Of a stretch of DNA of 64,000 bases, positions 1-9,718 are shown piece by piece (the stretch's first letter is position 1; each line of letters begins with the position of its first letter). The DNA comes from an uncultured virus (IMG/VR IMGVR_UViG_3300029258_004661) (taxonomy: Duplodnaviria; Heunggongvirae; Uroviricota; Caudoviricetes), in IMG/VR virus record IMGVR_UViG_3300029258_004661, positions 1-64,000 of that record. One strand, written 5' to 3'. The notes beneath the pieces are model-generated. The model was given only the letters and a program-made list of their open reading frames with translations, searched no databases and had not been told where the DNA came from. Both the position numbers and the translations under genes were made by a program.

Positions 1-525
1 CGCAAAGCACCCTAAATGAATTGCCATACCATTAGCATTTATTAATGCTCTCCATTTTTTATTTCCATTTTCCCACCACACACCTTTAAATCCAGAAGAG
101 TTATTACTACTCAAGCCAACATTCCTTGAATTCTCCAGCTTAGTGCAAACTCTAAGATTTTCCTTTCTATTGTTTAGTTTATTGTTATCAATATGATCAG
201 TGTCATAATTATAGAAAGTATTATTTATAAGTCTATGCAATCTTTTTCCATCCCAAGTAACAACATACCCTTGTGGCGATAAACACCACTTATATTTTTT
301 GATTTTTCTATAATCTTCTTTATCTATTATTCCATACCCAACCACTTCATTTTTATGATTATATAATTCTATCTTACAAATATTCTTTTCAAAAATAAAC
401 CTATTTGGATCACGCCTTGTTCTTTTTAAAATTTTTCCATATCTTTTTAATTGTAAATAATGCCTTTTGCAATATCCCCTCCCGTGATGTTTTTTATCAC
501 AATTTTTTATCTTACATGTTCTCAT
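1..525 (-). CDS. HNH homing endonuclease with C-terminal AP2-type DNA-binding domain (runs off the window, absent from ORF track)
   Basis: Manual translation from ATG at 525: MRTCKIKNCDKKHHGRGYCKRHY...LHRLI...DHIDNNKLNNRKENLRVCTKLENSRN...SGFKGVWW...KKWRALI...HLGCF. HNH motif followed by AP2-like GV...W.A.I; SD-like GCGGAG upstream. Confidence 0.85.
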   Translation of the reverse strand, partial: MRTCKIKNCDKKHHGRGYCKRHYLQLKRYGKILKRTRRDPNRFIFEKNICKIELYNHKNEVVGYGIIDKEDYRKIKKYKWCLSPQGYVVTWDGKRLHRLINNTFYNYDTDHIDNNKLNNRKENLRVCTKLENSRNVGLSSNNSSGFKGVWWENGNKKWRALINANGMAIHLGCFA

Positions 526-537
526 TTATCACTCCGC

Positions 538-1218
538 TCATACAAACTTAGGCATTTTCCATGTAGGATCTAAAAATTTGCTCGGGTCAGTATAGCGACC
601 CGGCTGAAAATAATTGAAAAAACAATATAGGTTAGGGAGAAACTGAATATCATCCGGGTGTTGAAACTTCAGGCGCTCAGCGTAGTGGCCATCACTGTAA
701 GCATGATCGTACACATCAAAACGATACTTTCTGAATATTTCTCCCTTGATAATATACTGCATGATATCAATGTTGCCGTGGCGCACATCCCACGGTTCAG
801 CAATTCTTAGGGTAGTGGCATGGTGTGGCACCTCTCCCTTTCGATCAGGAACCGTATCACCACGGTACATTGAGAACATGAGAATCTTAGCTGTTTGCTG
901 GCGAATTACATCAAAGAAATTAGGGGAGTACATGTTATCATCGCACATGAAGCCATAATAATCATCGTCAACAATATGGCGCATCTCAATGAAGTCGTTA
1001 ATTTTCTTAAAGGCATTCATACCGGGAGCAAGCTTTGGAACAACTAACGGATGAATCCAATATTTTTGTTTTTTGTGGCCCTTAGCCTGCGCTACCGTAG
1101 GCCATCTTTCTTCAACCGTCACAATGGGATGCCATATTATTCCCATTGGCTCCAGGTAATGAATAAGTGTAGGAGCCAAATAGTCACGATAAAACGGTGT
1201 TAGGACATGAATGTCCAT
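538..1218 (-). CDS. Glycosyltransferase-like protein (GT-A fold)
   Basis: N-terminal VLTPFYR strand, GFMCDDNMY DxD-like motif, DIMQYIIK and YSDG motifs typical of phage GT2-like proteins; lies next to other GTs. Confidence 0.55.
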   Translation of the reverse strand: MDIHVLTPFYRDYLAPTLIHYLEPMGIIWHPIVTVEERWPTVAQAKGHKKQKYWIHPLVVPKLAPGMNAFKKINDFIEMRHIVDDDYYGFMCDDNMYSPNFFDVIRQQTAKILMFSMYRGDTVPDRKGEVPHHATTLRIAEPWDVRHGNIDIMQYIIKGEIFRKYRFDVYDHAYSDGHYAERLKFQHPDDIQFLPNLYCFFNYFQPGRYTDPSKFLDPTWKMPKFV

Positions 1219-1433
1219 TACGGCTCCTCCTCCTTAATAGCAATTCCCTCAACGCCCCGCAGGCTGATAGTTGGGTCAACGCAAATCAGGATAGCCTCTA
1301 ATCTGTATCTAGTGATGTCAATGGATATTTTACGGACCTGAAGAGCAGAAGAAATATCGTTGCCATCAGAATCATAAATTTTCGTATCAATTGGGTTACC
1401 AGTATCGTTGACAATTTTTATTCCCTTATTCAT
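1218..1433 (-). CDS. Hypothetical protein
   Basis: Short ORF coupled to both neighbours (overlapping stop/start); start placed at MNKGIK after GGAGG. Confidence 0.5.
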   Translation of the reverse strand: MNKGIKIVNDTGNPIDTKIYDSDGNDISSALQVRKISIDITRYRLEAILICVDPTISLRGVEGIAIKEEEP

Positions 1434-1965
1434 TATCATCTTCCTCCACAAACCTGTTAATGTAATGCACGCTTTGTTTTTTATGTGGAATCTCCTTCAA
1501 TAAATACCCTACCGCGGCGCGGGCAATCGCATTACGACCACAGACAAAAATATCTATGGCAATAAGGCCGTCCTCCTGATAAGTGTGACAGGTGACATGG
1601 CTTTCATCAAGGCCAACGTATACGCTGATGCCGTCAGGAGTCTTCTTTGCGGCAGGGTGCAGGCTGGGAGGACCACCTAGCCGGTAACTTACCACCTTCA
1701 TGATTGTTGCCTGTGCTTTGTTGGCTGCTTCCCTCATGATACTGGTGAGTATTTCTTGGTCCCCGAGCAGGCCTGATGGACAGCCAGCAAGGTCCACAAT
1801 TGCGTGCAGGCCACGGGCCTTAACTGTTGTTTCCATACCAAATGCTCCTTTTCTTTTCAAAAGTTTAACAAATAAATGTACGGCAAAATATACCGCACCG
1901 AACACCACAGTAACCGACAGTATAAATACAATTCCCCACCCTAACCAGTATTGCCATGTTGCCAT
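1426..1965 (-). CDS. speD: S-adenosylmethionine decarboxylase proenzyme family (pyruvoyl-dependent), with hydrophobic N-terminal extension; alternative start at 1836
   Basis: GLHAIVDL...GISVYVGLDE-SHVTCHTY...AIDIFVCG: E/S self-cleavage site plus the conserved His and Cys of class 1B AdoMetDC. Confidence 0.85.
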   Translation of the reverse strand: MATWQYWLGWGIVFILSVTVVFGAVYFAVHLFVKLLKRKGAFGMETTVKARGLHAIVDLAGCPSGLLGDQEILTSIMREAANKAQATIMKVVSYRLGGPPSLHPAAKKTPDGISVYVGLDESHVTCHTYQEDGLIAIDIFVCGRNAIARAAVGYLLKEIPHKKQSVHYINRFVEEDDNE

Positions 1966-2660
1966 GTTTCATCCTCTTTGTGATAGTGTCTAACAATCAA
2001 GGGGTGGACCCAATGAGTAAAACCATGCCCTGTGGCTCTTCTACAGAATTCTTCATCCGAATGATAATGGGTTAATTCAACCTCCCTTGTACCGACTTTT
2101 TTTCTGCCAAGAGCCATTGGGCCAATTTTCTCTATGACTTTTCTTTTAATAAGCACGAAAGCGAAATTGCTCCATTCTGCTTCCCGCGGCTCTTTTATTT
2201 TATCTTTTTTGTGTGCTCCACCGCCATAAGCTCCGCTGCAATACACACTGTCATTACTCTGAAGCGTAACGGGCGTGACCGTGGCAATGGTCGGATCAGT
2301 TTTTGCAAAATTAATGAGGGTCTTAAATGTATTTGGAGTAACAACCTCGGTATCATTATTTACAAGGAAGATATATTCGTTGCTGCTTTTTCTTATGCCC
2401 TCATTAACCGAGCTTGTAAAAAAATGGTTCCATTTATTCAAATATATGCTAATTGCAGGAGAGTCATCATCAAAGTTCCTATTAAAAACATCACCAAGAT
2501 ATTCTCTCAATTCTAGATCCACTTCACCGGCAGTGCTGACAGAGTTGTCAATGATGACAAGTTCGTCGCACGGGCGCATTTGCCCAAGCATTGAATCAAC
2601 ACACGCCCTCAGCCTATGCAATTTGAAATACGATATCAGTATTACGGAGAATGGATCCAT
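1941..2660 (-). CDS. Glycosyltransferase family 2
   Basis: FSVILISY...LVIIDN...NEGIRKS...FLVNNDTEV...SDEEFCRRA, a classic GT2 pattern. Confidence 0.85.
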   Translation of the reverse strand: MDPFSVILISYFKLHRLRACVDSMLGQMRPCDELVIIDNSVSTAGEVDLELREYLGDVFNRNFDDDSPAISIYLNKWNHFFTSSVNEGIRKSSNEYIFLVNNDTEVVTPNTFKTLINFAKTDPTIATVTPVTLQSNDSVYCSGAYGGGAHKKDKIKEPREAEWSNFAFVLIKRKVIEKIGPMALGRKKVGTREVELTHYHSDEEFCRRATGHGFTHWVHPLIVRHYHKEDETWQHGNTG

Positions 2661-2664
2661 GATG

Positions 2665-3588
2665 TCACCTCTTGATGAAATGTTCTACGCCATTAACTAT
2701 TTCCTCTGCTGTATAAATTGGCCGCATAATATGCTCACCGCCGTTACGGCGTAAAATATAGCAATCTTCTTCTGGAACATAGGGGCCGCTATTCCAATCG
2801 CCGGGCTGTATGTTATTTCTTGTTGATCTGTCCCTGAGCATGTGGGTTATATCACCCCATATGGCCACTATCTTCTTTTTCAACGCGCTGGCCGCATGGG
2901 TCATGCCTGTATCACCCCCGACGTAAATATCACCCCTGGATATCACTGAGATAGACCTAGACGGCGTTAAATCATATTGGGTTAGGTCAATTATGTTCTT
3001 GAAATCACCCCTCAGAAGTCCATTCTCAGCATCCATACGGCCTATTCGGATAAACAGCCAATCAGGGTACTTTCTGGCCAGCATTTTAATGGCCGCGGCG
3101 TGGTGTTTAAAGTTGTGGTTGCGGCTCCTACTGTAAGGGGCATCTGTAAGAATATGCCACACAACTATACCGGCAGGCGGTCCAACTGCGAAACGGCAAT
3201 AGTGACGCCAGACCATTTCATCAAATTCCGTATCAAGCCATTGCTTGTAGCGATCAGGAATTTCAAGAGTAGGGTAGCGCCCCGTTTTTCTGATCATGTT
3301 CGGGGCATAAACAAACAGATTCCCCCAAGTTGGATAAAGAACCCTGTAGCCAGTTTTATTTTCGGCATCAAGGCAACTGCGGTATCCATCTTCAGGGTAA
3401 AGAAACCCGGCAAATAAATCAGGAGCCCAAAGCTCCATATCAAAGCCTTTTACGGAAGGGTATTTAAAACTCTGGAAGGCGTATAGCTCAAATTCTGGAA
3501 ATTCTGTTTTTACATTTTCTGCAAAATATTTAACAATAATGCGGTCGCCAAGTCTTTCATTAAAGCATACTATCTTCTTGTTTTCCAT
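2665..3588 (-). CDS. Glycosyltransferase family 9-like (heptosyltransferase-like, GT-B)
   Basis: N-terminal RLGD motif and C-terminal YVGGDTGMTHAASALKKKIVAIWG; start placed at MENKK after an AAGGGA SD. Confidence 0.8.
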   Translation of the reverse strand: MENKKIVCFNERLGDRIIVKYFAENVKTEFPEFELYAFQSFKYPSVKGFDMELWAPDLFAGFLYPEDGYRSCLDAENKTGYRVLYPTWGNLFVYAPNMIRKTGRYPTLEIPDRYKQWLDTEFDEMVWRHYCRFAVGPPAGIVVWHILTDAPYSRSRNHNFKHHAAAIKMLARKYPDWLFIRIGRMDAENGLLRGDFKNIIDLTQYDLTPSRSISVISRGDIYVGGDTGMTHAASALKKKIVAIWGDITHMLRDRSTRNNIQPGDWNSGPYVPEEDCYILRRNGGEHIMRPIYTAEEIVNGVEHFIKR

Positions 3589-4534
3589 TGTTGTTTCCCT
3601 TACCATTATTAGAGCCCCTTCTATCTTGGTACTTGGCATCCTTGCGGACAATAACCCGCATGCCGGTTTCAGATGCAATCTGGCTCTTAAGTTCTGAAAC
3701 CTCCTCTTGGCTTGATGCTCCGATTGGGTTAATGAAGACCTCTCTAGCTCCCAACCTTATTAACTCTTTATATAGCGGAAGCTTAACTTCTGATATAACA
3801 TCATTAAAGCCAAAAAGCAAGTTTTTATTGGCCATAACTTTACCTATATCTAATGCTCTTTGCTCGTTAAAGGTAAAGGTTGTGTCACCAAAAAAGAAAT
3901 TTTTTATTCCATATTTATTAACAACTCCAACAACCTCGTTCTTTATTCTGTTGATGCTGAACAGCTTTAATTTTTTACATAGCCATGTAGGGCCAAAAGG
4001 ACTTCCCCGGCTACCCATGATCATTGTGGCTCTCATGCCATCAAGCCTTCGGGCATAGGTATTCATTTCAACAAGATTGCGGGCTGGAAATGGTAAACGA
4101 TTTACATTCCTAACCTCTTCGCTATACACATGCTGAACGCTGTCAACATCGTGGATTATATCCGTAAGAAAATTGGCAACCGAAAGCTCTGCCTCTCCTT
4201 TTATAACAACATTGAAACTTCTTGTGTTTGCATATTTTCCAGTATACTTGCTGGGACCACTACCGCAAACAATAATGGCAGACTTGTTGTTTATTTCCCT
4301 GCACATTCTGGATATTTCAACCGCTACGCTGTAGCTGTTTATGTCGGCATATATAACGTATAGCGGACAACTTCCAAAGCCCCAATGATTCCTGTTAATA
4401 CCATTAAGGTCGTTAACCCTGACGGCATAATTTTCCTTTTGGAATATCGGGGCAATCTGTAGCAAAAACAGCGGCGGATCAAGTCTACTTGAAATATTAT
4501 CGGTAAAAGGAATGTTAATAAGTTCAACTCTCAT
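3560..4534 (-). CDS. B12-binding/radical-SAM-like protein with degenerate Fe-S motif
   Basis: PPLFLLQIA, IIVCGSGP, VVIKGEAE, LPFPARNL, SRG.P and FFFGDTTF match class B radical SAM architecture, but CxxxCxxC is replaced by SPFGPTWLC. Confidence 0.75.
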   Translation of the reverse strand: MRVELINIPFTDNISSRLDPPLFLLQIAPIFQKENYAVRVNDLNGINRNHWGFGSCPLYVIYADINSYSVAVEISRMCREINNKSAIIVCGSGPSKYTGKYANTRSFNVVIKGEAELSVANFLTDIIHDVDSVQHVYSEEVRNVNRLPFPARNLVEMNTYARRLDGMRATMIMGSRGSPFGPTWLCKKLKLFSINRIKNEVVGVVNKYGIKNFFFGDTTFTFNEQRALDIGKVMANKNLLFGFNDVISEVKLPLYKELIRLGAREVFINPIGASSQEEVSELKSQIASETGMRVIVRKDAKYQDRRGSNNGKGNNNGKQEDSML

Positions 4535-4548
4535 TCTGTATTCTCGCC

Positions 4549-4818
4549 TCAAACATAAATTATTTTTTCGCCCGTATTTTTCTTTGACCCCCTGCCGATA
4601 ATTTTAGCTGTTTCCTTATTGCCAGTAACCATGCTAATGTTGACCCGTTCGTTTCTCTTAAAGGTCATGTCTGTTGAATTGATTGCACTCTTTTTTATTG
4701 CCCCGGTTCTCATGATAATATTATAGGTTCCATCAGGGTTGCGGGAATGTATTGTAGCATCCTGAATATTATCAACTTGGGCCTTCTTTGATATCTCCTT
4801 TATTATCTTAAGCATCAT
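4549..4818 (-). CDS. Small tail-tip protein, possibly OB-fold spike-like
   Basis: Last gene of the tail module; DATIHSRNPDGTYNI...V.I..V.GN pattern resembles spike N-terminal OB folds. Confidence 0.35.
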   Translation of the reverse strand: MMLKIIKEISKKAQVDNIQDATIHSRNPDGTYNIIMRTGAIKKSAINSTDMTFKRNERVNISMVTGNKETAKIIGRGSKKNTGEKIIYV

Positions 4819-5126
4819 TCGCCCTCCTCATGCTGCTCAACATTAATTTCGGCCCAAATGCCTTCATTGCTAATGGTGAAACTGTAATCGGTGGCTATAT
4901 GGACATCAACAATATCCAGAAGGCTTTCATATACGTTTAATTTCTGGTTAATGAAAATGCCATCCTTGTAGGGAACTCGCAGAGTGCGCTTAGATCGCTT
5001 ATACCAATTTTCATTAATGAAATTGGTTCCGCGAACCTTCGCAATATATTCGCTATTAATGAGGGGGTCATTAATTTCGGGGGCTTCTTTGTCGCCAGCA
5101 CCACGAATGCAAACAATATCAATCAT
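4815..5126 (-). CDS. Tail-tip/hub C-terminal-like protein
   Basis: EINDPLINSEYIAKVRG...LRVPY pattern and position in the tail-tip module. Confidence 0.4.
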   Translation of the reverse strand: MIDIVCIRGAGDKEAPEINDPLINSEYIAKVRGTNFINENWYKRSKRTLRVPYKDGIFINQKLNVYESLLDIVDVHIATDYSFTISNEGIWAEINVEQHEEGE

Positions 5127-5640
5127 TATTCTCTTTCCCTTCCTTAATTGGGTTTACTTTGATTTTAGCTCTAAACCCACACTTCGGGCAAATAATGGTG
5201 TGCATATCTTTTCCGCAACATGGTCTTGTTATAACCATTTTTATCTTCTCGCCTTTGCTGTTGCACAGTTTGCAATATGGCAAATCCATCTCATTGATCA
5301 TTGCAGGATCAATCTTCCTGTAATCTTTTGGCGGCATTAATTCGGGGTTAGGTCTGTTCTGAATAACCCTTTCAGCCCGTTGCGGGGGCGAAGACATCAT
5401 ATCAACAAGCATAGCGTTTATTCTATTCAGCCACACACTATTGATTCTTTTATTTAATAGGTCGACCTTTGGTATAACATCTTCATCAAATACCTCTATT
5501 GTTATAGAAGATATTCTACCATTAGTAAACTTGTATGTTGTTTTAACTTCTCCATTGTCAAAATACTTTTCCCCCTCTGTAATTGGAGAGCGATTTGTTT
5601 TCTCAGTCATACCAAATTCTCCTATTAAATTATGGCTCAT
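5119..5640 (-). CDS. Hypothetical protein with C-terminal Zn-ribbon (CxxC...CC...CxxC)
   Basis: CKLC...RPCCG...CPKCG. Confidence 0.55.
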   Translation of the reverse strand: MSHNLIGEFGMTEKTNRSPITEGEKYFDNGEVKTTYKFTNGRISSITIEVFDEDVIPKVDLLNKRINSVWLNRINAMLVDMMSSPPQRAERVIQNRPNPELMPPKDYRKIDPAMINEMDLPYCKLCNSKGEKIKMVITRPCCGKDMHTIICPKCGFRAKIKVNPIKEGKENND

Positions 5641-8023
5641 AAATTAAAAAATCTATACCATTACTGCATTTATCTACACTGATGAGATCTTCAAAAACGG
5701 GGCTATCAGGGTTAATTGGCCTAATTTTTCCATCTACAAGCTCCCATCCGTTATACCCTTTTATCTGGTTTACTTTTCCTCCTGGGTAAGTTGCATACAA
5801 TAGAAATCCATTCCCCTGATCGTTGATCAGTGCCCCACCCCTAGTAGCGTCATAAAGATTACTTATATCATTTTCAAGACTTTCATGCAATTGATAATTG
5901 TATCCACCAAAATATTCCGTTGTTGATAAAAGATCTTCTTTGCTCTCACCACACCCTCCTGTTATATCTATTGGATACAATATATAATCCGGAAAACCAA
6001 TTGGGTCTGTTTTTCCAATTATAAAATTCTCTCCCCCATTTAGCCCTGTAAACAACCCATACCCTTCTGGCGGGTAATAGGAGTTAACCCCCAAGCCTTT
6101 AAATTCCTCTTCATCACTAAGAACAACAAGCCTCTCACTAAGCTCAATTATCCTCTGTTTACAGAAAACCTTTCCATCGCCCAATGTATACACGGGCCAC
6201 CCTCTCATGACATATACATTTGATGGCATATAATATATCCAGCCGGGAAACATTTGGTTTGGAATTATCTGCTCAGCACAGTTATACCATTGTTGCGGGA
6301 AACTAGGGCTTGCTGGTTCGCTAAGTTTGCATGGGTCTACAATGGACCCATATAAATCTACACACTGATCACTCCAAATTGGGTTATAATCAACATGATA
6401 GCCCCAATACTCAAGATCTACATCTCTTATTTTTTGGTGTAATGGCTCCGAAAAAACCTCATCTGAACTTTCCATTGTACTAACCGGGGTTTGGAAAACT
6501 GTTATTGAAAATGACCCGTCATCATACTCATTATATGGACCCATAACAGTTTCACTTTGGGTACTGGTATCTGTTAAATCTGGGTTGCAATCTTTTCCCC
6601 CATATTCGCAAGTATCATCGTTTGGGTCTGCACAATTATCATGGCAATCGCATGTCCACGGCCACACATAATCATACCCAACGCATTCAACTTGACTAAC
6701 CCCATAGCCCCTGCCATAAAACTTTCCTTTGCAATAATAGTAAATATCTTGAGTTACGGTTGGAAGCCCATACTCTGGTACATCGTAATAATAACTATTT
6801 TCACTTATGCGGGTTCTCTCAATATGAAAATCCAATGGGGACCACCACCTCCCCGCTGTTTTATTTTCAGCACACCATGGACCTCTTCCCCAAATATATT
6901 GATCTCCAACTTTATGTTTATCGTGCGTATATTGCAATTCATTTTCTTTTTGCGCGTTCATGGATATTATTTTACTAAAGGTTCCACCAACAGTTATTTT
7001 TGTTTCAGCATATTGGGAAACGTGCATGCCAGCATTTTTGTATACCATTGGTTGATTCCAATAACACGTTGGCTCATTTGGATACGAATGCTCCATCCTT
7101 TTTTGGGAATATTTTGTTTCATCATTTATCCAATTATTGCCATATTCGTCTGGGCCATATGAACTTGAAAGATCGCAGGTCTTACTAAAAGAACAAATGT
7201 CTTTTTCATCACAATGGGCTGTAAAGCCAACCCCACGGCAACCAGTACCATGAGGGTTTCCAACCTCACCATTTTCATTTCTGACTGCCATTATTTCATC
7301 ATAACTCGATAATAAGGCAACAGGAGACGTATATATCGATGGGTCTAAAATCGGGGTGTAGTCGGAAATGGTTATCTCTTTTGTGGTTTGTGAAATTGAG
7401 TATTCAATATATAAATGAGTATATATATAATCATCAACATTTGGGTCTGAAAGAGCGCTCCATGGCAAAGCCCTTATTTCAATCAACACTCCAATTTTAA
7501 ATGGGTAATTTTCGGCAAACCTAACAGAGTCTATTCCGCGGTATGATACTGCTTCATCCCATAAATCGTGCATTATCTTAGCGGCATCTTCTGAACACTT
7601 ACGGTAATTTCTCGGTGTTTCTAATTCATCTCCAGTCCCCTCGTCATAAAAAACAAGTATTGCAGAGGAACCATCAGCATCAACGTATAGGTTGTTATTT
7701 CTTTCCTCAGCAATCCAATATTTCCCAAGGCAATTTTTTGCACCATCTGCATGGCCAATGGCCTTCAGCGGAACCCCCTCTTTATTAAACTCAACAATTA
7801 TTAAATCGTTTTCCGAAAAAACAATGTCTGGCGATGAAGGGTGGTTGTCTTCACCAGAACCGCAATTATAGTGCCAATCTATCTCATATAAGCCTTCATC
7901 GTATTCAACCCTAACATAGTAGCCCTGAAACCCATCGCCATTAACAACAGAGCCTTTGTAAACTGCTTGGCGAAATAAAACTTCGCAGGGGGTTTGTGTG
8001 CCTTCCAAGTTATACTTGCTCAT
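5630..8023 (-). CDS. Large Cys/Tyr/Trp-rich tail-associated protein (candidate receptor-binding)
   Basis: 797-aa acidic ORF in the tail-tip module; many Cys; AT-rich DNA. Confidence 0.55.
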   Translation of the reverse strand: MSKYNLEGTQTPCEVLFRQAVYKGSVVNGDGFQGYYVRVEYDEGLYEIDWHYNCGSGEDNHPSSPDIVFSENDLIIVEFNKEGVPLKAIGHADGAKNCLGKYWIAEERNNNLYVDADGSSAILVFYDEGTGDELETPRNYRKCSEDAAKIMHDLWDEAVSYRGIDSVRFAENYPFKIGVLIEIRALPWSALSDPNVDDYIYTHLYIEYSISQTTKEITISDYTPILDPSIYTSPVALLSSYDEIMAVRNENGEVGNPHGTGCRGVGFTAHCDEKDICSFSKTCDLSSSYGPDEYGNNWINDETKYSQKRMEHSYPNEPTCYWNQPMVYKNAGMHVSQYAETKITVGGTFSKIISMNAQKENELQYTHDKHKVGDQYIWGRGPWCAENKTAGRWWSPLDFHIERTRISENSYYYDVPEYGLPTVTQDIYYYCKGKFYGRGYGVSQVECVGYDYVWPWTCDCHDNCADPNDDTCEYGGKDCNPDLTDTSTQSETVMGPYNEYDDGSFSITVFQTPVSTMESSDEVFSEPLHQKIRDVDLEYWGYHVDYNPIWSDQCVDLYGSIVDPCKLSEPASPSFPQQWYNCAEQIIPNQMFPGWIYYMPSNVYVMRGWPVYTLGDGKVFCKQRIIELSERLVVLSDEEEFKGLGVNSYYPPEGYGLFTGLNGGENFIIGKTDPIGFPDYILYPIDITGGCGESKEDLLSTTEYFGGYNYQLHESLENDISNLYDATRGGALINDQGNGFLLYATYPGGKVNQIKGYNGWELVDGKIRPINPDSPVFEDLISVDKCSNGIDFLIYEP

Positions 8024-8027
8024 GCCG

Positions 8028-8927
8028 TTATCCTAATTGCTGGTATGGGGCTATGAATAGCTCTTCTGTTTCCTGGACACTATCGCTTGTTATTGTTTGA
8101 TCGTTATAAAATTCGCCGGGGAAATCTGTGCCAGTCTTAACGAGCATTACAGCATTATCAACTTCCCACTCGTGGCGATCAACAGTATAAAGATCACGCT
8201 CAGCATAATTTACCCCCGGCATTATTTCAATATCAGCAATGTTTGTTGAATCCCCCTGCCAATAATAACCAACGGTATACATGGGCGGCTCATCTTGGAC
8301 CTTGGCCTTAATAACCCCACTGGTTAGGCCAGTGGTTTGATAAACAACCATTGCAAGGTCTACGGGGTTTGTAACGCCACCGCAACTGCCGTCTCTGAAG
8401 TAGCCAACGACCTTATATAGTGTTCCAGGAGTAAGATCATTAACCGCGTGGAGGGTTTCATTTGCTGCCTCATGGGAAGGGCCCCCTTCGCCGCCTATGC
8501 CGCAGCCATGGCAATAGCTGTTATTTCTACTGTCCCCATCGGGGTAAACAGGTAGGTTTGGATCGCCAACTCTTTGGTGAATATATTTGGTAGCATCAGC
8601 TTCCCAATCGGAAACCCTTATTAACCGAATTTCTTGTAGGACACAATTATCAGGGTTTCGCCAACTTATATTTATAGTGCAATGGCCGGTGTCATACCAG
8701 CCAAGATTATCTACAGAATAATCACATTCGCAATCTTCGCCAACGGGGCATATTTTAACGGCAACGGTAAGGCCGTCGTGACATTCACTACCTTGCGGGC
8801 AAATAAAAACAGTAACAACATTGTTGCCATCATCATCTTGAGCAACAGATATTGCCTCCCGTCCCAAATCATATTTGACTGCGCTGTCCCTTATTTCCTC
8901 GGGGCAGAGGCCAATTGTAAATCTCAT
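8028..8927 (-). CDS. Cys-rich tail-tip protein with FN3-like segment
   Basis: INISWRNP...NDLTPGTLYKV FN3-like signature; position. Confidence 0.5.
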   Translation of the reverse strand: MRFTIGLCPEEIRDSAVKYDLGREAISVAQDDDGNNVVTVFICPQGSECHDGLTVAVKICPVGEDCECDYSVDNLGWYDTGHCTINISWRNPDNCVLQEIRLIRVSDWEADATKYIHQRVGDPNLPVYPDGDSRNNSYCHGCGIGGEGGPSHEAANETLHAVNDLTPGTLYKVVGYFRDGSCGGVTNPVDLAMVVYQTTGLTSGVIKAKVQDEPPMYTVGYYWQGDSTNIADIEIMPGVNYAERDLYTVDRHEWEVDNAVMLVKTGTDFPGEFYNDQTITSDSVQETEELFIAPYQQLG

Positions 8928-8938
8928 GTTATCACCTA

Positions 8939-9718
8939 CTAAGAGCTTGAAACTACAAACTCGTCATTACCAAGTAAATCATTATCGGAATCAGTATAGC
9001 CCGGCGCTGTAGTTCTTATCTGATGGGAGCCGCCAGCAAGCAAGCCTGCATATACCGTTCCATTTACATCTGTCGTACCAACAAAGTTTCTGTCTATAAC
9101 TACACTCGCCCCTGATATTACATTTCCAGTTACAAAATCTTTAACAACGATTGTAACCTCATTGGCCTCTTCAGCGCAAGTTTCATCAATATCAAGGGTT
9201 AAACTTGCTGAGGGGTAATCTCCATTGGAATCAACACAATTGCCTGTTCCTATGGCGTAAACAATAACATCACCAGCAACAGGGCTTTTATACTCCCATC
9301 TATCAAAGGCTGTAATATATGTTAATTCAAGAACACCATAGCCATCTGCCATGCTTTCATCCGCAACAAGGCTTTCGCTGCCCCTTTCCCAGCGAATTGC
9401 CCCAAGGCTTATGCCATTCCAGTTATAGCTTGTAATCTCATGAATTGGCTTTTCAGTGCTCCCACGCCAATTGTTGAAATCAACATATTCTGTAATTTCT
9501 TGTGGAATGCCAGATGCAAATATTCTCGCATTACCAAGCGTGGCTTTAACAGTATATGTCTTTCTGCAAAATACCCGAACATATATTGGATCATTCGGGG
9601 CAAAGCAACTTCTACCATCGTTATATTCCTCGTCAAGCTCTATTGCAATATCGCAAGATAAAGCTTCACATAACTCTTCAATGGTTACTGTCTGGGAGCC
9701 TTGGGTTTTATCAGCCAT
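8939..9718 (-). CDS. Tail-tip protein with C-terminal PEGA/carboxypeptidase-regulatory-like domain
   Basis: VTIVVKD..TG..ISGASVVID...GTTD.NG...L..GSHQI...APGY; N-terminal domain paralogous to neighbours. Confidence 0.55.
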   Translation of the reverse strand: MADKTQGSQTVTIEELCEALSCDIAIELDEEYNDGRSCFAPNDPIYVRVFCRKTYTVKATLGNARIFASGIPQEITEYVDFNNWRGSTEKPIHEITSYNWNGISLGAIRWERGSESLVADESMADGYGVLELTYITAFDRWEYKSPVAGDVIVYAIGTGNCVDSNGDYPSASLTLDIDETCAEEANEVTIVVKDFVTGNVISGASVVIDRNFVGTTDVNGTVYAGLLAGGSHQIRTTAPGYTDSDNDLLGNDEFVVSSS

